A DNA stretch of 64,000 bases from Thermodesulfobacteriota bacterium (lineage in GTDB: Bacteria; Desulfobacterota_D; UBA1144; Nemesobacterales; Nemesobacteraceae). Positions within the stretch are counted from its first letter, which is position 1, and every line of letters begins with the position of its first letter. Below are positions 61,583 through 64,000 of the stretch, piece after piece. The notes below the pieces were generated by a model. It was not told the DNA's origin, ran no database searches, and saw only the letters and a program-made list of their open reading frames with translations. Location of the stretch: NCBI GenBank assembly GCA_965202785.1, contig OZ241855.1, positions 1,088,001 to 1,152,000 of the forward strand, in the 5' to 3' direction. A program made the position numbers and the translations under genes.

Positions 61583-63344
61583 CCTTAAACATCGTCGAGC
61601 CGCCCGCCGCCACTGACGAAGCGGGCGACATGGTCACCGTGAAATCAGCCGCGTGCGGGCCGCTCACCGATATCCTCGTCAGCGACAGTGCCGCGAGCCC
61701 CGTGTTGCGGATCGTGAAGGTCCGCGTCAGCATGCCGCCTGCCGCCGCCAACGACCCGAAGTTGGTGCCGTCGGCAGTACTCGGAGAAATGTCTTCGTCG
61801 GGGATGCTCATATTCTTGCCCAGGACGTCAATCTCCGGGACGCCCGTGCCCGTGCCCTTGACCGCGAAGGTGTACGGGGTGCGGCTGCCCGTGGTCGCGC
61901 TGGTGGAGCTGTCGAGCCCGTTGTGCGCGATCGACAGCGTGGCCCTGCGCTCCCCCGTCGCCGACGGCTGGAACCGCACCGTGAACCGCCTCAATCCGCT
62001 GGCACTTACCGTCGCCCCCGCCGGCTGCCGCGTTACCGTGAAGTCTCCCGCGTGCCGGCCGCTCACCGCCACCCGGGGATTCCCCGTCAGCCCCAGACTA
62101 TCGCTCCCCGCGTTGAAGATCGTGAAGGTCCGCGTCGTAAAGCTGCCCGGCACCCCGATCGAGCCGAAGTCGGTGTGGTCGGTGTGAGTCGGCGTCGTGT
62201 CGTCGTGCGCGATCCTCCTGTTGTTGCCCTGCAACTCGATTCGCCGGTGCGTCCCTGTGCCCTTGATGGTGAAGTTGTAGGGGTTCTCGTTCGGGTCGTT
62301 GTTCGCGATCGACAGTGTGGCGGCGTGCAGCCCTCGCCTCGACGGGTTGAACCTCACCACGGCCCTCGTAACGCCGCCGGGTTCCACCGTCGCGTCCGGC
62401 TGGGTGATCACCGTGAAGTCTCCCGAGTCCGTGCCGCTCACAGCCACCCGGGGGTTCCCCGTCAGCTCCAGCGTATCCCTCCCCGTGTTGTGGATCAGGT
62501 ACAGCCCTGTGGCATAGCCCGTGCTCGCCTGCCAATCCGCTTCTCCGATGTCCGTGTTGTCGGCGCGCCTCGGCGTCGTGTCGCCGTCTTCGATGCCTAC
62601 GTTGTTGAACTCGACGTACATTTCAGGGGCTGTTCGGCTGATGCGGATTCTTATTGCATTTGAGGACCCGGTCCATTGTGTGTCTGCATTGCTGAGGGAG
62701 GTACGAAGTCCGTCTGCAATGCTCCATCCCGTTATCGCGCCCGCGTCGTGCCCGTTGGAGTTTGTAACAGCCGCGTTGCCGCAGCTGACAATACCGCTGG
62801 AGGTGTTGCAGTCAAGAACCAGGTAATAGACCGTGTTGGCGGTAAGCTGCGTATTATCGGGCGCCGTGAAGCGAAGCGTCGTCGCGGCCGTCGAACTCGG
62901 TCTCTCCGGTAGGGTCAGGTCGGCCACCTTGGCTCCCGGATTGCTCCCGCTTGCGGAGTGAAGCGTTACCGTCAATAAGTTATAGTTTTCGCGATTTATC
63001 CTAGCGAACGCGACCTCGATGCTATCGAGGGTGTAGCCCCCGCCCGCGCCCCCGGTCGTGAAACCCTGAGCTATGGCCGTAAGGTCCACGTTAGTGTTAC
63101 CAGACGCATTCTGATTGATGTTGCTTATCATTACCTGGCGGGCGGAGGCGGCGCCCGGAACCGCGACGAGAGCGGCTATCGCCAGCATGAGGGCGGCCAG
63201 GACGCGGACATGCCGCCCGGCAAAACTATGAAAGCGGGACGGGGGACCCGGGCGGCCGTCCTGCTCCCCGGGCGCCGGCCGTCTCCAGGCCGGAAAACTC
63301 CTTAACCCTGCCGCGAGAAAGGAGAGGAGCCACCAAACCCTCAT
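61518..63344 (-). CDS. N-terminal part of split adhesin 2 (signal peptide, choice-of-anchor-R-like domain, choice-of-anchor-D repeats)
   Basis: MISNINQ..AQGFTTG..GYTLDSI; repeats I.D.DTTP...D.T.FG...TRTFTI.N.G...ENPY.F...G.G. Confidence 0.8.
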   Translation of the reverse strand: MRVWWLLSFLAAGLRSFPAWRRPAPGEQDGRPGPPSRFHSFAGRHVRVLAALMLAIAALVAVPGAASARQVMISNINQNASGNTNVDLTAIAQGFTTGGAGGGYTLDSIEVAFARINRENYNLLTVTLHSASGSNPGAKVADLTLPERPSSTAATTLRFTAPDNTQLTANTVYYLVLDCNTSSGIVSCGNAAVTNSNGHDAGAITGWSIADGLRTSLSNADTQWTGSSNAIRIRISRTAPEMYVEFNNVGIEDGDTTPRRADNTDIGEADWQASTGYATGLYLIHNTGRDTLELTGNPRVAVSGTDSGDFTVITQPDATVEPGGVTRAVVRFNPSRRGLHAATLSIANNDPNENPYNFTIKGTGTHRRIELQGNNRRIAHDDTTPTHTDHTDFGSIGVPGSFTTRTFTIFNAGSDSLGLTGNPRVAVSGRHAGDFTVTRQPAGATVSASGLRRFTVRFQPSATGERRATLSIAHNGLDSSTSATTGSRTPYTFAVKGTGTGVPEIDVLGKNMSIPDEDISPSTADGTNFGSLAAAGGMLTRTFTIRNTGLAALSLTRISVSGPHAADFTVTMSPASSVAAGGSTMFKDDHPEIRPVGVRGAAGHGLDR

Positions 63345-63388
63345 ACCCCCCCCCCCATTTTGCTCATGGAGATATCTGCAAGTTTCAT
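63341..63388 (-). CDS. 15-aa leader ORF through a G11 tract, with its stop overlapping the adhesin 2 ATG
   Basis: AGGGGG SD-like, MKLADISMSKMGGGV*; same GGG GTA TGA junction as at 2024-2039. Confidence 0.6.
   Translation of the reverse strand: MKLADISMSKMGGGV
63346..63356 (-). repeat. G11 homopolymer (C11 on the + strand)
   Basis: aaatGGGGGGGGGGGtATG on the minus strand. Confidence 0.9.
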
Positions 63389-63833
63389 GGTTTAAGCCCC
63401 CTGTTTTTCAGATGATTTAAGTGTAGCGACAAATAGTCGGTACTATATTATTATGTTCGGACCGGTCGTTGTCAATATAAAAGGTCGCGTCATGACGGCT
63501 GACGCGGAAACCGGAACATCCGCCGATGAATTCAGGCATAGAAAAAATCTATGATGCCTCCGGGGGTGGTTGTCCCGGATGACGGGCAATCCTGTCTCAC
63601 GCTTTAGAGGTAACGATATGTAAGTGAATGTGAAGGGGAAAAAGAAAGCCGGAATGGCATTGAAACGGAGAGGATGGGCTTGAGACGACAACAAAAAAAG
63701 GAGCAGGAAAATTCTGCATGGCAAAAACAGTCCGGATTCAGATTTTACAGATGCCCGGAGTTAAGCATGAGAAGCGAGAGCTGCCTGGAAAGGGCAAAAT
63801 CTTGAATGAAGGCTGTCTGGCGTTAATCGCGGC

Positions 63834-64000
63834 CTATTCCCCGAACGGGTCCTCAATTTCCGGGTGCCAGAGCTTGAAGTGTTCTTTGTGCAGGTCGTGG
63901 TATGAATCTTTCTCGAAATACTTGTCGTAGAATTCAAGATCGAGGTGGTGGGCCTGAAATACCAGCCGAACGAACATCGGGTCAAGGAAAGCCGGGAATC
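63834..64000 (-). CDS. C-terminal end of an unidentified protein entering from beyond the window
   Basis: ...FPAFLDPMFVRLVFQAHHLDLEFYDKYFEKDSYHDLHKEHFKLWHPEIEDPFGE*. Confidence 0.55.
   Translation of the reverse strand, partial: FPAFLDPMFVRLVFQAHHLDLEFYDKYFEKDSYHDLHKEHFKLWHPEIEDPFGE

Larger units (their letters stand above)
59939..63344 (-). pseudogene. Adhesin 2 as a single gene (1131 aa if repaired) frameshifted by a 10-nt insertion
   Basis: Removing 61578-61587 restores one ORF and the repeat consensus MFTLKFDP. Confidence 0.65.

Overview
This is a bacterial chromosome segment; gene content and the GGC-CTERM surface proteins suggest a Candidatus Dadabacteria-like, possibly host-associated organism (inference only). 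Most of it is housekeeping: hom, aspC, coaD, rsmD, gyrA, cobB, proB, mltG, guaB, guaA, coaX, tsaD, thiC, carB, greA, lspA, ribE, aroK, degP-like, mutL, efp and three tRNAs. Accessory islets include a Phd-VapC TA pair, a TetR/Rieske oxygenase cassette, a SulP-STAS-cNMP transporter and a DUF488/nuclease-like/MntA islet. Two signals stand out. (1) A RavA/MoxR-like AAA+ gene and a VWA gene are joined in the -1 frame exactly across an A10 run, which looks like a programmed frameshift making both a free ATPase and an ATPase-VWA fusion. (2) Two paralogous giant adhesin-like genes at opposite ends of the window each have a short leader ORF that runs through a G11 tract and stops on the adhesin ATG (GGG-GTA-TGA), suggesting a homopolymer switch acting through translational coupling. 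The adhesins also share upstream motifs, an N-terminal domain and a C-terminal tandem Cache-like plus GGC-CTERM module, but differ in their middle repeats. The second adhesin is split by an apparent 10-nt insertion.
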